A DNA stretch of 59,930 bases, filler included. It is 4 parts of 4 records of this genome, joined end to end, with 100 filler letters (N's around TTAATTAATTAA, not from the genome) between each part and the next. Parts side by side here need not be neighbours in the genome. Positions count along the whole stretch, not along the records: positions 7,938 to 27,139 come from DRR723986_34979; positions 27,240 to 51,830 come from DRR723986_34987; 2 more parts are not named here. One strand, written 5' to 3'. This document shows positions 22,662 to 33,200 of the stretch, one piece after another. The position numbers were made by a program, and so were the translations under genes. How positions within the stretch are numbered: the stretch's first letter is position 1; each line of letters starts with the position of its first letter. The notes beneath the pieces are model-generated. The model saw only the letters and a list, made by a program, of their open reading frames with translations. It did no database searches and had not been told where the DNA came from.

Positions 22662-23722
22662 ATGACCAATAAAACACTTGTAATTGATCCAATCACCACA
22701 CTTAAGCCATACAGACGCAATGCACGAAGCCACTCAAAAGCTCAAGTGGAACAGATTGCCAAGAGCATTAAAACCTTTGGCTTCACCAACCCGGTTCTGA
22801 TCGATAAAACGGGCACTATCATCGCCGGTCACGGCCGCGTTGAGGCAGCAAAATCTCTTGGCATGACCCACGTACCCACTCTCACTCTACATGATCTCTC
22901 CAAGGAGAAAATACGTGCTTACATCATAGCTGATAACAAGCTTGCGGAAAATGTAGGCTGGGACACAGAACTGCTAGCGCTTGAAATCAAAGAGCTGGAC
23001 ATATTGGAGTTGGATTTTGATTTGACTGTCATTGGCTTTGAAACGCCAGAGTTAGACCTACTGCTAGGAAATTCAGGCGAAGAAAGCCAACATGAGTTGG
23101 ATACACTGACTGAGCGCGTAATTGGCCCCCCAGTCACTCTGCAAACGGCGCCATCCACTACATCTGCATGGATTGGCGTCATATTCAAAGTTTGTTGGCC
23201 GCTGCTGCTCCACACTACGCCGAATTAAAGAATATCTGCGTATGGAACAAGACCAACGGCGGCATGGGCTCGCTATATCGTTCGAAGCATGAAATGGTTG
23301 TTGTTTATAAAGTGGGAACCAAGCCACACATCAACAATGTAGCGCTTGGTAAACACGGGCGCAATCGAACCAACGTCTGGGACTATGCCGGAATCTCTAG
23401 CATAGGCGAGGCGCGCAGCGAAGAGCTAGCGATGCACCCCACTGTCAAACCCTTGGCATTGGTCAAAGATGCTATTCTAGATTGCTCTAAACGGGGTGGC
23501 ATCATACTGGATGCCTTTGCCGGCTCAGGGACGACACTTTTGGCCGCTGAGCTCGTCGGGCGAAGAGGCTACGGTATTGAGATTGACCCCAGATACGTGG
23601 ATACCGCCATTCAGCGCCTCAAGGACAAGGCTGGCACCAATGCTACACTCGGCAAGGACGGCCCAAGTTTTGACCAAGTGGCAGAGGAGCGACTAGACAA
23701 TAGGAAGGGTTGTGCCGCATGA
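22662..23722 (+). pseudogene. ParB/Srx-domain + N4/N6 DNA methyltransferase fusion, disrupted by an internal deletion and frameshift near 23140
   Basis: ParB part (NARSHS..QIA.SIKTFGFTNPVLID..IIAGHGR..ADNKLAE) ends at IGPPVT. Another frame continues at once with GAIHYICMDWRH...HPTVKP...DAFAGSGTT (motif I). The catalytic DPPY segment is absent. Confidence 0.85.
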
Positions 23723-24120
23723 GCGCCTATAAAGTCGGCTACGGCCAGCCGCCAAAAAATCGCCAATTCAAGAAGGGACAATCTGGCAACCCGAAGGGGC
23801 GTCCAAAGAAAAAAATAGTGGCGCCTCTTGTTGATGCCAGCGCCATCCTCTTGGCACCGGTGACAGTGAAGCACAAAGGTGTGGCCAGAAAGATGAGTCT
23901 CAATGAGATTATAGTTAGAACTCTCATTAGAAGAGCCCTCAATGAAAACCACCGAGCGTCGCTCAAAAAGTTAAGTAATGACTTAATGGGATACAGCATC
24001 ATTAAGCAAAAGCCATACGAACAACAGGGCGGTGTAATTCATATGCCACACAGTTGGTTCAAGGAAGAGGAACAACAAATGGACTTGATAAGTGAGGTGA
24101 AGAACGATGACAGAGCGTGA
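23719..24120 (+). CDS. DUF5681-like protein
   Basis: YKVGYGQPPKNRQFKKGQSGNPKGRPK signature; ATGA overlap with the MTase stop. Confidence 0.85.
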   Translation: MSAYKVGYGQPPKNRQFKKGQSGNPKGRPKKKIVAPLVDASAILLAPVTVKHKGVARKMSLNEIIVRTLIRRALNENHRASLKKLSNDLMGYSIIKQKPYEQQGGVIHMPHSWFKEEEQQMDLISEVKNDDRA

Positions 24121-24511
24121 CCCGAAAACTGGCCGTTTTTCTGCTGGTTTCTCCGGCAATCCGCTTGGGCGGGCTACAGGCTCTCAAAACTATGAAACCT
24201 TACTCGCAAATATAATGATGGAGCCTCATGAAGTTAAGAGAGACGGGAAGTATCTTGAGGTCACAACATTGTCGCTCGTACTTGAAAAAGTCAAACAAAT
24301 GGCCATGACTGGAAACCCATCGGATGTGTCGCTCTTCCAGAAATGGGACACCTACTTGAACGGCAGCCAGATGAACGATCAAAGAGCAGGATACCTAGTT
24401 GTTCCCGAACCCTTCGAAACAATAGAAGAGTGGATGCGCGAGGCGGAGCTTGTGCTCCAAAACATACCAAAGCATGCAGTATACGAGGAAGAAGACGACT
24501 ACCAAAACTAA
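24107..24511 (+). CDS. Second DUF5681-like protein
   Basis: GRFSAGFSGNPLGRATGS variant of the FxxGxSGNPxGR motif; GAGGT RBS; overlaps the previous gene. Confidence 0.75.
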   Translation: MTERDPKTGRFSAGFSGNPLGRATGSQNYETLLANIMMEPHEVKRDGKYLEVTTLSLVLEKVKQMAMTGNPSDVSLFQKWDTYLNGSQMNDQRAGYLVVPEPFETIEEWMREAELVLQNIPKHAVYEEEDDYQN

Positions 24512-24517
24512 AGCAGT

Positions 24518-24542
24518 GTTTTGACTGGACTTCAGTCAAAAC
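24518..24542. promoter_or_regulatory. Perfect 10-bp inverted repeat between DUF5681 and DUF2924 genes
   Basis: GTTTTGACTG-GACTT-CAGTCAAAAC. Confidence 0.45.
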
Positions 24543-24658
24543 CTGAGCATTGGTAGATCAGCGCATCTGATTGGGCGCTCATCTATCCTATTTTCAAGCC
24601 CGCGACTAGCCCCGGGCTTGCCTCAGTGACACATAATATCACGCAAAAGAGGCACATT

Positions 24659-25084
24659 ATGATAAAACCCTTCGTATTGAGAGACAAACTAGAAGCCCTG
24701 CAATTCGCAAACAATCGAGATCTAAAAAAAGAATGGCAACTGCTATTTGGTAGCGTACCGCCCATGCAGATGAGCTCTCCAATGATGCGACGCTTCATTG
24801 CCGATGAGCTACAAACCACAGAATTGGGTGGGCTCACGAAGCGTGAATGGAAAAGTCTGATTGCCGCTCTCAAGTCAAAAAAATCAACCAAACTCAAGTT
24901 CATGCCGGGCACACAGCTGATGCGAGATTGGCAAGGCGCGACCTACAAAGTTACTGTCACCGAAAAAGGGTTCCGTTGGCGAGAAAAAGACTGGAATTCA
25001 CTCTCTGCGGTCGCCAAAGCAATTACTGGCACGCACTGCTCTGGGCCTCGCTTTTTTGGCGCGTCTCTCGGCCCGGGAGCATGA
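24659..25084 (+). CDS. DUF2924-like protein
   Basis: PGTQLMRDWQG..YKVTV...GFRW....WNSLSAVAKAITGTHCSGPRFFG signature; coupled to the recombinase by an ATGA overlap. Confidence 0.88.
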   Translation: MIKPFVLRDKLEALQFANNRDLKKEWQLLFGSVPPMQMSSPMMRRFIADELQTTELGGLTKREWKSLIAALKSKKSTKLKFMPGTQLMRDWQGATYKVTVTEKGFRWREKDWNSLSAVAKAITGTHCSGPRFFGASLGPGA

Positions 25085-26754
25085 GGATGGTTTCCAAGGC
25101 AAAAATACGCTGTGCCATCTACACGCGAACGTCTTCAGATGAAAGATTGAGCCAAAATTTCAACTCTCTGGCGGCACAGCGCGAGGCCTGCCAAGCCTAT
25201 ATTACAAGCCAACGCCATGAAGGTTGGAGTTTAGTCAGTAAGAACTACGATGACGGCGGTTTGTCCGGGGGCACAATGGACCGGCCTGCCCTCCAGCGAT
25301 TGATGATCGACATAAAGTCGCGAAGGATTGACCGTATAGTTGTTTACAAAGTGGACAGGCTAACTCGTGCTCTATCGGACTTTGCAAGGTTAGTGGACGA
25401 ACTGGAAGCTAACGATTGTAGCTTTGTCTCCGTCACGCAAGCCTTCAATACCTCGACTAGCATGGGGCGGCTTACCCTGAATGTGCTTTTGTCTTTCGCT
25501 CAATTCGAACGAGAGCTCACAGCGGAGCGCATCAGAGATAAAATTGCGGCATCAAAAGCTAGGGGCCTATGGATGGGCGGCAAGGTCCCTATGGGTTATG
25601 AGGCGAAAGGCCGTACATTAAAAGTGAATGGAAATGAGGCGGTACAGGTTAAGCGCATCTTTATGCTATATCTCGAATCTGGGTGTATTAGGAAACTGGC
25701 TCACGCACTGAAAAGCAGCGGAATTCGATCAAGACTTCACACTTTAAAGGATGGCCGCGCTGCGGGCGGCAACGTACTAATGCGCAGCCAGCTCCAGTAT
25801 ATGCTTCGGAACCCAATTTACATTGGCAAGATTAGGCACAAAGACAAACTTCACGAAGGTCGACATGACGCAATTATTTCAGATGACCTTTGGGCCGAGG
25901 TGCAGAACGCTCTCGATGATAAAGCACCGATAAAAAGTTTATCATCAAGAACTAAAAGCGGTAATCTTTTGGCAGGCAAGGTCTTCGATGCAGAGAATAA
26001 TCCCCTATCTACGAACCATTCCAAAAAAAGTGGCCGCCGCTACCGCTATTACATATCCAAAATATTGCTCAGTGATAGAGCCCAAACGGTTCAAGGCAAG
26101 ACATGGCGGCTTCCGGCTTTCCAGTTGGAACTTGCTATTGCTAATGCCATATCTAACCATATTGCTCGAATGCCTACAGAAAGCTTCATTCTAGATAACT
26201 TCACCGCTGAAACTATACAACGGATAATCGACAAACAATCACTGTTGCAACGAAATAAAAACACAAGTGTGAGCTTAATGATTGGGCTTGTGGATCGGGT
26301 GTCGATTTCTGAAAATTCCACAACAATTACCATGTTAGCTGATAAAATCAGTGATCTCTTTGGGGTCTCAAAGGATATCATAAATCCAGAAACCTTAACC
26401 ATATGCCAAACACTTGCGCTAAAACGTCGCGGTGTAGAAACTAAGCTAATAATTGGTGAGGCAATCAATGGACCGGACGCGGTCTTACAAAGAACTTTAC
26501 GTGAAGCCCTTGAATGGCGCAGCGCCATTAAAAACGGTTTGGGGGTTACTATTCTGGCAAACCAGTTGGGTGTAAATGCTCGCCACGTCCGCAGTCGCAT
26601 CCAGTTAGCTTTCCTCTCGCCAAAAATCATGCAGGCGATAGCAACTGGAACTCAGCCATCGCATCTCAGTACCGAGATACTCGTACGCACCGAAATCCCG
26701 CTTTGCTGGCGGAAACAAGAAATACTATTTGGGTTTTCTTCCGGTGGAAACTAA
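25081..26754 (+). CDS. Large serine recombinase (resolvase + recombinase domains)
   Basis: RCAIYTRTSS catalytic Ser motif, DDGGLSGG..DRPAL, VYKVDRLTR, FAQFERE, RYRYY and C-terminal LAFLSPKI. Start at 25081 or 25087. Confidence 0.95.
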   Translation: MRMVSKAKIRCAIYTRTSSDERLSQNFNSLAAQREACQAYITSQRHEGWSLVSKNYDDGGLSGGTMDRPALQRLMIDIKSRRIDRIVVYKVDRLTRALSDFARLVDELEANDCSFVSVTQAFNTSTSMGRLTLNVLLSFAQFERELTAERIRDKIAASKARGLWMGGKVPMGYEAKGRTLKVNGNEAVQVKRIFMLYLESGCIRKLAHALKSSGIRSRLHTLKDGRAAGGNVLMRSQLQYMLRNPIYIGKIRHKDKLHEGRHDAIISDDLWAEVQNALDDKAPIKSLSSRTKSGNLLAGKVFDAENNPLSTNHSKKSGRRYRYYISKILLSDRAQTVQGKTWRLPAFQLELAIANAISNHIARMPTESFILDNFTAETIQRIIDKQSLLQRNKNTSVSLMIGLVDRVSISENSTTITMLADKISDLFGVSKDIINPETLTICQTLALKRRGVETKLIIGEAINGPDAVLQRTLREALEWRSAIKNGLGVTILANQLGVNARHVRSRIQLAFLSPKIMQAIATGTQPSHLSTEILVRTEIPLCWRKQEILFGFSSGGN

Positions 26755-26945
26755 TTCCCTGCTACTTTTTCGGTGTTACCTGTTAACTAAGTGCATATTC
26801 CCTAATATCAAATTTCAAATTCCCTGTTACCTAACACGGACAACCGGACCAAAAGTCCACGAAAACTGGGTTTATACGCCAACACCACGCGCCAGTTTCC
26901 CTGATAAATCTAGAAAACACCTGTTAATTGGAGTTATCAGGGAAA
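26755..26945. repeat. Array of seven degenerate TTCCCTG(T/A)TAA motifs
   Basis: Direct copies start at 26755, 26776, 26798, 26820, 26897 and 26917; an inverted copy lies at 26933-26944. 26896-26907 and 26934-26945 form a perfect 12-bp inverted repeat. Confidence 0.8.
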
Positions 26946-27111
26946 TGCATCAGAAAGGGACCGTGCTAAACTTGAAACAGAGACTGTAGGTCCTTGGGGT
27001 TTAGGTTAAGCACTAAAGCGGTGTCTCTTACACAAAACTCTATACGAATGACCACGCACACAGCGGGTTTGCGCCGTTACAAAAGTCATTTTCAGATACA
27101 ATTCAAATGAA

Positions 27112-27139
27112 TGGTGGTCGGTACTGGGCTCGAACCAGC
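27112..27139 (-). tRNA. 3' end of a tRNA (or att-derived tRNA fragment), possibly Val; cut by contig end
   Basis: Minus strand reads GCTGG-TTCGAGC-CCAGT ACCGACC A CCA: T-arm, acceptor strand and CCA. Anticodon not visible. Confidence 0.8.
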
Positions 27140-27239
27140 NNNNNNNNNNNNNNNNNNNNNNNNNNNNNNNNNNNNNNNNNNNNTTAATTAATTAANNNNN
27201 NNNNNNNNNNNNNNNNNNNNNNNNNNNNNNNNNNNNNNN
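27140..27239. other. Artificial contig linker
   Basis: 44 N + TTAATTAATTAA + 44 N. Confidence 0.99.
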
Positions 27240-30200
27240 TTTCTCATGCCCCCCGAAGGCGTAACGATACGACTCACTCTGCATGTGTCGTCCCGGCTGC
27301 AACATGCCATACGGATAATAGTTGTTGATTGCTTGTACGTCAGCCTTGAATGGACCAACACCAAGTGAGGTCCCAATCTTGATATCACTGACAACCACCC
27401 GCACATTGCCGAGATGATCTGTCAATTCATACATCTTTTGGCAGACAGTGCGCTCATACATGACCCCGCCACCTTCGACCTCAGGGACGACAGCTATATT
27501 GCCACCGATAATGTCTTGAGTCGGCAGATAACTTCGCGTTTGAACTCCAACCCGTCCCGCACCATAAATCGGATTTTCAACTTTGAGTGAGCCCGGATTA
27601 GGGTCATTCGGATCGTCAACATAGGTTGCCACGACTGTTCCAACGGCATCGCGCACATAAAAAGTCTTAGTCGTAACTCCATTCTCAACTACAGACTTAT
27701 GTACTCGCTGACCAGTGGCATCGTAGGTAAAACTGACCGTTTTATTGCTGGCGTACGTTATCTGCTTAACTGTGTGATAGGCAGTCCATTCAATCTGACT
27801 GATGCCCTCCGCCGCATCACTGATAAGCCTGCCTGTTTCATCATAACGATAGTTGTCAGGTGAGCTGGGATTTGGAGGCGTTTGATCATCAATGTCAGTC
27901 GAGTATCTGCTCGCTGGAACGGTAAGGTCACTAACATACCGTAGCTGATTTGTAGTACTTGGATATTCGTAAAAGAAGTCATCCATAAGTGGATTACTCG
28001 GATCACCTCCATAACGGGTCAGTCGTTTCAAATTTCCATTGGGATCATATTCATAAGCAACGTCAAATTCTTTGCCGGCAACATCTGTCCAGGCTCCTCC
28101 AGGAAGCCCTTTCCTGAAATCAGCATTAGTCAATCTGTTCAGTTGGTCGTAGCTAAACCGGTATCCGGTCTGCATGCCCGGTCCACTATGCAGAATTCCG
28201 GCATCATCTGAATGTCCTACCTGCAGAGTCGCAATATTGCCATTGTAGAGATTCCCCGGATCGGCTCCGGTCAGCTGCCCATCATACATGATATGTGCTT
28301 GTGAATACTCAAATGCATTTGAGTTAGTGCCGTCACGCACATAGTCTTGCTTGTAGTAGCCCAGCATCATACCAAAGGCATCTTGGGCAACGCGACTCGA
28401 ACTGGAAATGCCGTCCTGCCCTGGGTCATGTATTTGCGTGAGCTCGGGGAAATTGATTCCCTTTAGCCAACCATGAACCGTATACACATAATCCAACCCT
28501 TGAACGCGATCCTCCCCTATTTCCGTCCGCTTTAGTGCACCGTGTTTATAAAAACTGTACTCTGCGTCTCGATCCCAGAACTCTCCGTCATCAGAAGTCC
28601 AAACTTCAGACAACCTGTTATCCAGATCATATTCGTAGCAATGATAGAATTGATCAACAAATCCTTCATTGTAGAGCACTCTGTCTGTGTTGCCGGTCAA
28701 CAAGTTGTATTCGTAGCGTAAATACTTTTTCGCTAAAGTCGGAATATCCTGAATAATCCACTCAACATTTCCATGGTCATCATAGCTGTACACTGTGATG
28801 ACCCGATTGTCGTTGTCTTCCCAGTTTGCCACTGATGCAGCAACGCGATGCCGTCGATTGAGCGGTCCAGGACAATTTGCACACAATCCTGTCCCAATGG
28901 GATCATCCGAACCTGTTATATACTTGTAGGTAGCCTGGAGTGTCGTCTCAAAGTCGTTATCATCATCGTAAAAAGTTCTGGTTACTTCTGATTTCGTCCC
29001 AATTGCTTTGATTGCCGACAGCTTATTGTTTGTGGGTAAGTCACCAACGTTTACGTCAAAGACCGCACTAAATGGCATGCCTTCACCGGCTTCAACAGGG
29101 CGGCCGAATTCATCGTATTCTGAATAACTAAACTGATTGTTCGCCGGAGTGTTTTTATCTAACTGGTCAGAGTTTTGTGAAACAAGTAGCTGGCCTGCCT
29201 CATTGTAGTAAAACACCGCAAGCCCTGCATCGGGCGACTCTGTTGCCACCAATTCACCCAACGAATTATATGCATATGTGGTTTGATGATCATAGGTCGG
29301 CGTCTGTGAACGATCATGTCCTGTTGATCCCTCGTCAAACCCTTTTGGTGGCACAGTTTTTATTAATCGCCCAGCTCGATCATAATAATACAAGGTGAAA
29401 TGGTAATAATTCATCTTGTATTCTGCAGTAAACGTTTCGTTTAAAGATTCAAAGTTTCCACAAACACTGTAATACTCATCAATCACCGCGGCCTGACTCT
29501 CCGCAATCAAATTGTAGAGTCGCTTGTACAGTTTGTTTCGAATGATAGGTAAAACCAATTCTCCACATGTTTTCTCCCTACGTTCCGTTCCGCTCTGTGC
29601 GAGCTCGCTAAATTCATCGGCGTCGATGAAGTTAACACACATACTAGGAGCTGGGCTACTTAGGCCTTTGCAAAACTCATCGCATAACAGTTGGCAATAG
29701 GGCCGGCCAGACGAAGCAAGGTCTGCTTCGATCAAACAAGTTAATTGAGCCGCGGAGTATTCATCGAGATTACTGCCAAAATGACCTGCTGTCGGAGTTG
29801 GAACGTCTGGGCAGGTATCATCCAGTGCCAATACCACCGACATTACCAGGTCACAATTTTCTGTGTCAACATCCAGACGAACCGTAAAGTGATTAATCTG
29901 GTTCATCTGTACAAGCGAAACAAGCTGCTCAAAAATGGCTTGAGACATCCCCTCAAATTCTGTATTACTTCCGTCATCATTTGGCCATGTGCCTGGGCAG
30001 CCAACAGTTCCGACCATCGCATAAAACTGGCCTTCAACATAAGTGCGAAAGCTATTCAACTCATCAAGTACGTCAGCCCCGTCTATAATCCGGCTGCGCA
30101 CGACTTCAATCTGCTCGTTAATTTCATTAATTATTCGAATGCGATCTTCGGCAATATCATCCCAGTCAACAGAAACTATTGAGGGACTCTGTCCGCAACG

Positions 30201-33200
30201 CTCAAAGCCGCTAGGGCAATCTTCACTCGCCTCTACAATCTCAACTTTGAGCATGCTGTGCATGAAGTTAAACGCGTTCTCGATTTCTGGGAGTAATTCA
30301 TCCAGTTCGATCTGATTAACATCTCTTGGAAAAATGTTGTCATCTGCGAGAGCTCCACATGCCGCTTCGCATTCGTCTACGAGCTTATCCGTTAGATCAG
30401 TAAGCTCAGGAATTTCGGATTTGAGAATTCCCGGAAACTTGAGCTGATATGCCAGATAAATCGCATCTTCAAACTCTTCCCGTCTTTCTTCACAGCGGGA
30501 TTCACATTCTTCGTCAAAATTTATTGCGTTTGCAATTGGGTCGTCTAAATAGTCTTGAACTCTATCCTCGTTGGCATCAATTTCTGAAGTGTTTGCGTTT
30601 GGCCGGGTTGCACTTGTTAAAATGCAACGATAAACACTCTGTCTGTATTCAAGAGATGGATCGATCAACTCACTGTCGTCAGCTAAATCCCTGCAATTGA
30701 GATCCGGATCTGAATTGCCATGTGTTGGGTCAAAAAACTGCTTGTGAGCATATTCGAGGCCTTTACCTGGCCCCTGGTAATCGGCATAGGCACTAAGACT
30801 CGATTGAATGGCGTCGGGCTCAAACCCGGCACACTCAAAAAACATATCCAAAAGTGAAGTGCAATATACCTGCTCGCTCAGCTCTGGTAATCGTGCTCTG
30901 CGGTCAATTGCTCCTTGCCAACAATTCCACAGATCAGCATCATCACTGGAATAATCAGCTCGGATGTTGTCAAGTAGATTAACTAGTTGCGTACTAGTTA
31001 TGTTGTGCAAATCAGGATGTGCAGGGTGAGGATCAACTGGATCGTCCAGTCCGCAGAACCAAGCCATGCGGTGCCCCATAGTAATCGGATCGGGGATAGT
31101 GTAAGTAGACTCGGTACCAAAAATCTCATTCTCACCCAGAGAGTTTTCCAGGAGAGCGACCCACTCCTGGCTTTCTGGAGGAGTTTCAACTTCGGGACAC
31201 TGCTCAAATGGAACTTTGACAACTCCACAGGACAAGTCCCAGGTTAGCCCACCGTAATGGTCGTAAATAAATTGATAGAACGTTTCAAGTTCCTCAATCT
31301 CGCGCATGGCTTCGGCTGAAAAGAACATTTCATTAAGCGATTCCAGCGTAATATCATCCAGTCCACTGCCATCATCAAGTTTGTCTGCCAATTCCAGTAT
31401 GTGATTTTCAATTCCGGTGCGATACCAGGCTCGGCGAGACTGTGTGTAACCATCATCACCTGGTAATTCTTCTGGCACTCCAAAGCGCAATTCTCGCTCA
31501 ATCCGATAACTACCTGGCTCAAGTAAAACCTCTTGCGCAACGTTCGGATCCTGTGGGTTTGGCCAGTATAAACGGGCAGGGGGCATTTGCGCACAACTTG
31601 CCCCATCATTGTCAAAATTGAGACTAGTGGGTGTTTCATTAATCACCCAGTGATAGTCGTCGTTTTGATCCTCATTCTGGGAATTAACAACTTGGTTACA
31701 CTCCAGGTCGACGATTTTAATGACTACTTGAAAGTCACACTCAGCACATAGGTTTAAACAGTCATTGTAAAACTGCTGTTTATCAATTCCATATTTTAAC
31801 ATTACTGTTTGGGGCTCATTGAGCTCAATCTTCTGCCCCCACAGCAGCTTCTGCCCCATCTCAAGATCTTCAGAATTATTCACTGCAGATGGATTAGGCA
31901 AAATGTTAACAGTAATCAATCCTTCATTTGCAGGCTGCGAAGGTGATGGAAACAGAACTTCATCTGCCAACTCTTCTACAAGAGGGTTGGAAGCCGAAGT
32001 TTTAACTAAACCTGATGCAAGAAGAGCTCCAGACTTGGAATAGTATGAAACCGAACTGGAGCCATTCGGATCAGTACTAAAGACTTTTCGCACGGAGCTG
32101 GCAGCCGGAGCATCATCGCCAAACAGTCTGATCAGCTCCTCTTCTGTTGCTCCTGAATAACTGGTTCTTGAAGTATGTTCCGATCCAATCCGATGCTCTA
32201 GTCCTGGGCCAGAGGATTCACGTGCAGAGTTAGTTCCATCGGCATAGTACTTCGTCTGGAAGAATGGATAACCTTGAGCACTAGCCACATAGTCTTCTGA
32301 ATTTGTTCCGCCCGAATAATATTCGTGCAACGCACCACCATCTAACGCAGTTGGATTGTAATAAGTCGATTCAATATTGTCAAAGTCATTAGCACTATAT
32401 TCAGCCGAATTGGCTGTCATAAGAATACTTCTATCCAAGTAAGCCAACTGTTTTTCGGCCCCGACATAGGGCAGCGGTAGAGTCTGCAAGGCCGGACGCC
32501 CAACGTTGTCGTACAAGGTTTGTGAGACAATTCGCTCATCCTGCGATTGAAACTGCACTTGTGACTGTTCAACTCGCAGCATTTCCGTAGCATACTGAAT
32601 ACTCTCCACAAATTGCCCGTGCCCAGAGTGTGAGCGTTGCAAACTCCAGTTAATGTCTTCGTCAAATCCATCATAAAAAAATATGCCCGTAACCAATACA
32701 TCGGGTGATGGAGTAGCATTGATCACGTGACTCATTGATTCTAAAGGCGATGATGTCCATACTCCCCAGTTAAGCGGATTTAAGATCCCTCCAGGTTCGG
32801 CATTACCAATAGGTCTCACTCGCCAGATATAATAGCCACGGTCTTCTGCAAGTGTAAGAGCCACAGAAGTAGTTGTGGTTTCCATTGTCAACGCGCGATC
32901 CCAATCTATCTCGACCGTTACATCTTTTTCGTCCGTTTTACTTTCATCGCGGTTGTACAGACGCAATACTTGCAGTTGGTACAACGGGTAATTGGGTCGA
33001 CATGTTATCCCGTCCCAGGCGAATGTCACAGGATTGTCTGTTACAGTCGATGTTGTGGGACCTACGCGCTTCAGCGTCGCCAGGAGTGGAGGATTCTGAG
33101 TTTCTTCACCTGTAGTATACCATGGCTGATAACTTGGCCTAGCGCGAACAGTACTTTCAGTTACTATCCAGGAACGCAGGCGAACAGCGTCCCTGAGAAC

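Larger units (their letters stand above)
22445..27139 (+). mobile_element. Serine-recombinase integrative module (ParB-MTase, 2x DUF5681-like, DUF2924-like, large serine recombinase) abutting a tRNA 3' end; the island probably extends left over the glycan cargo
   Basis: Co-oriented module with overlapping genes, recombinase about 360 bp from a tRNA 3' end, pseudogenes and mosaic cargo. No second att site seen in the contig. Confidence 0.7.

Noticed and set aside
23120-23170. Programmed ribosomal frameshift joining the two MTase ORFs
   Set aside because: No clear slippery heptamer, and the joined product would still lack the catalytic DPPY motif; a deletion explains it better.
24847-25080. 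N-terminal extension of the recombinase in the ORF track
   Set aside because: It overlaps the DUF2924 gene; the catalytic domain begins just after ATG 25081/25087. Similar over-long starts were trimmed for lon, gmd, GT4, Rhs, FG-GAP and SBBP.
26755-26945. CRISPR mini-array, or the short ORF 26729-26989
   Set aside because: The repeats are about 11 bp, degenerate and in both orientations with ~10-bp gaps. The ORF overlaps the recombinase end and has no recognisable features.
27240-27300. Assigning a toxin activity or immunity gene to the Rhs protein
   Set aside because: The contig ends inside the Rhs core, before the DPxG site; nothing downstream is visible.
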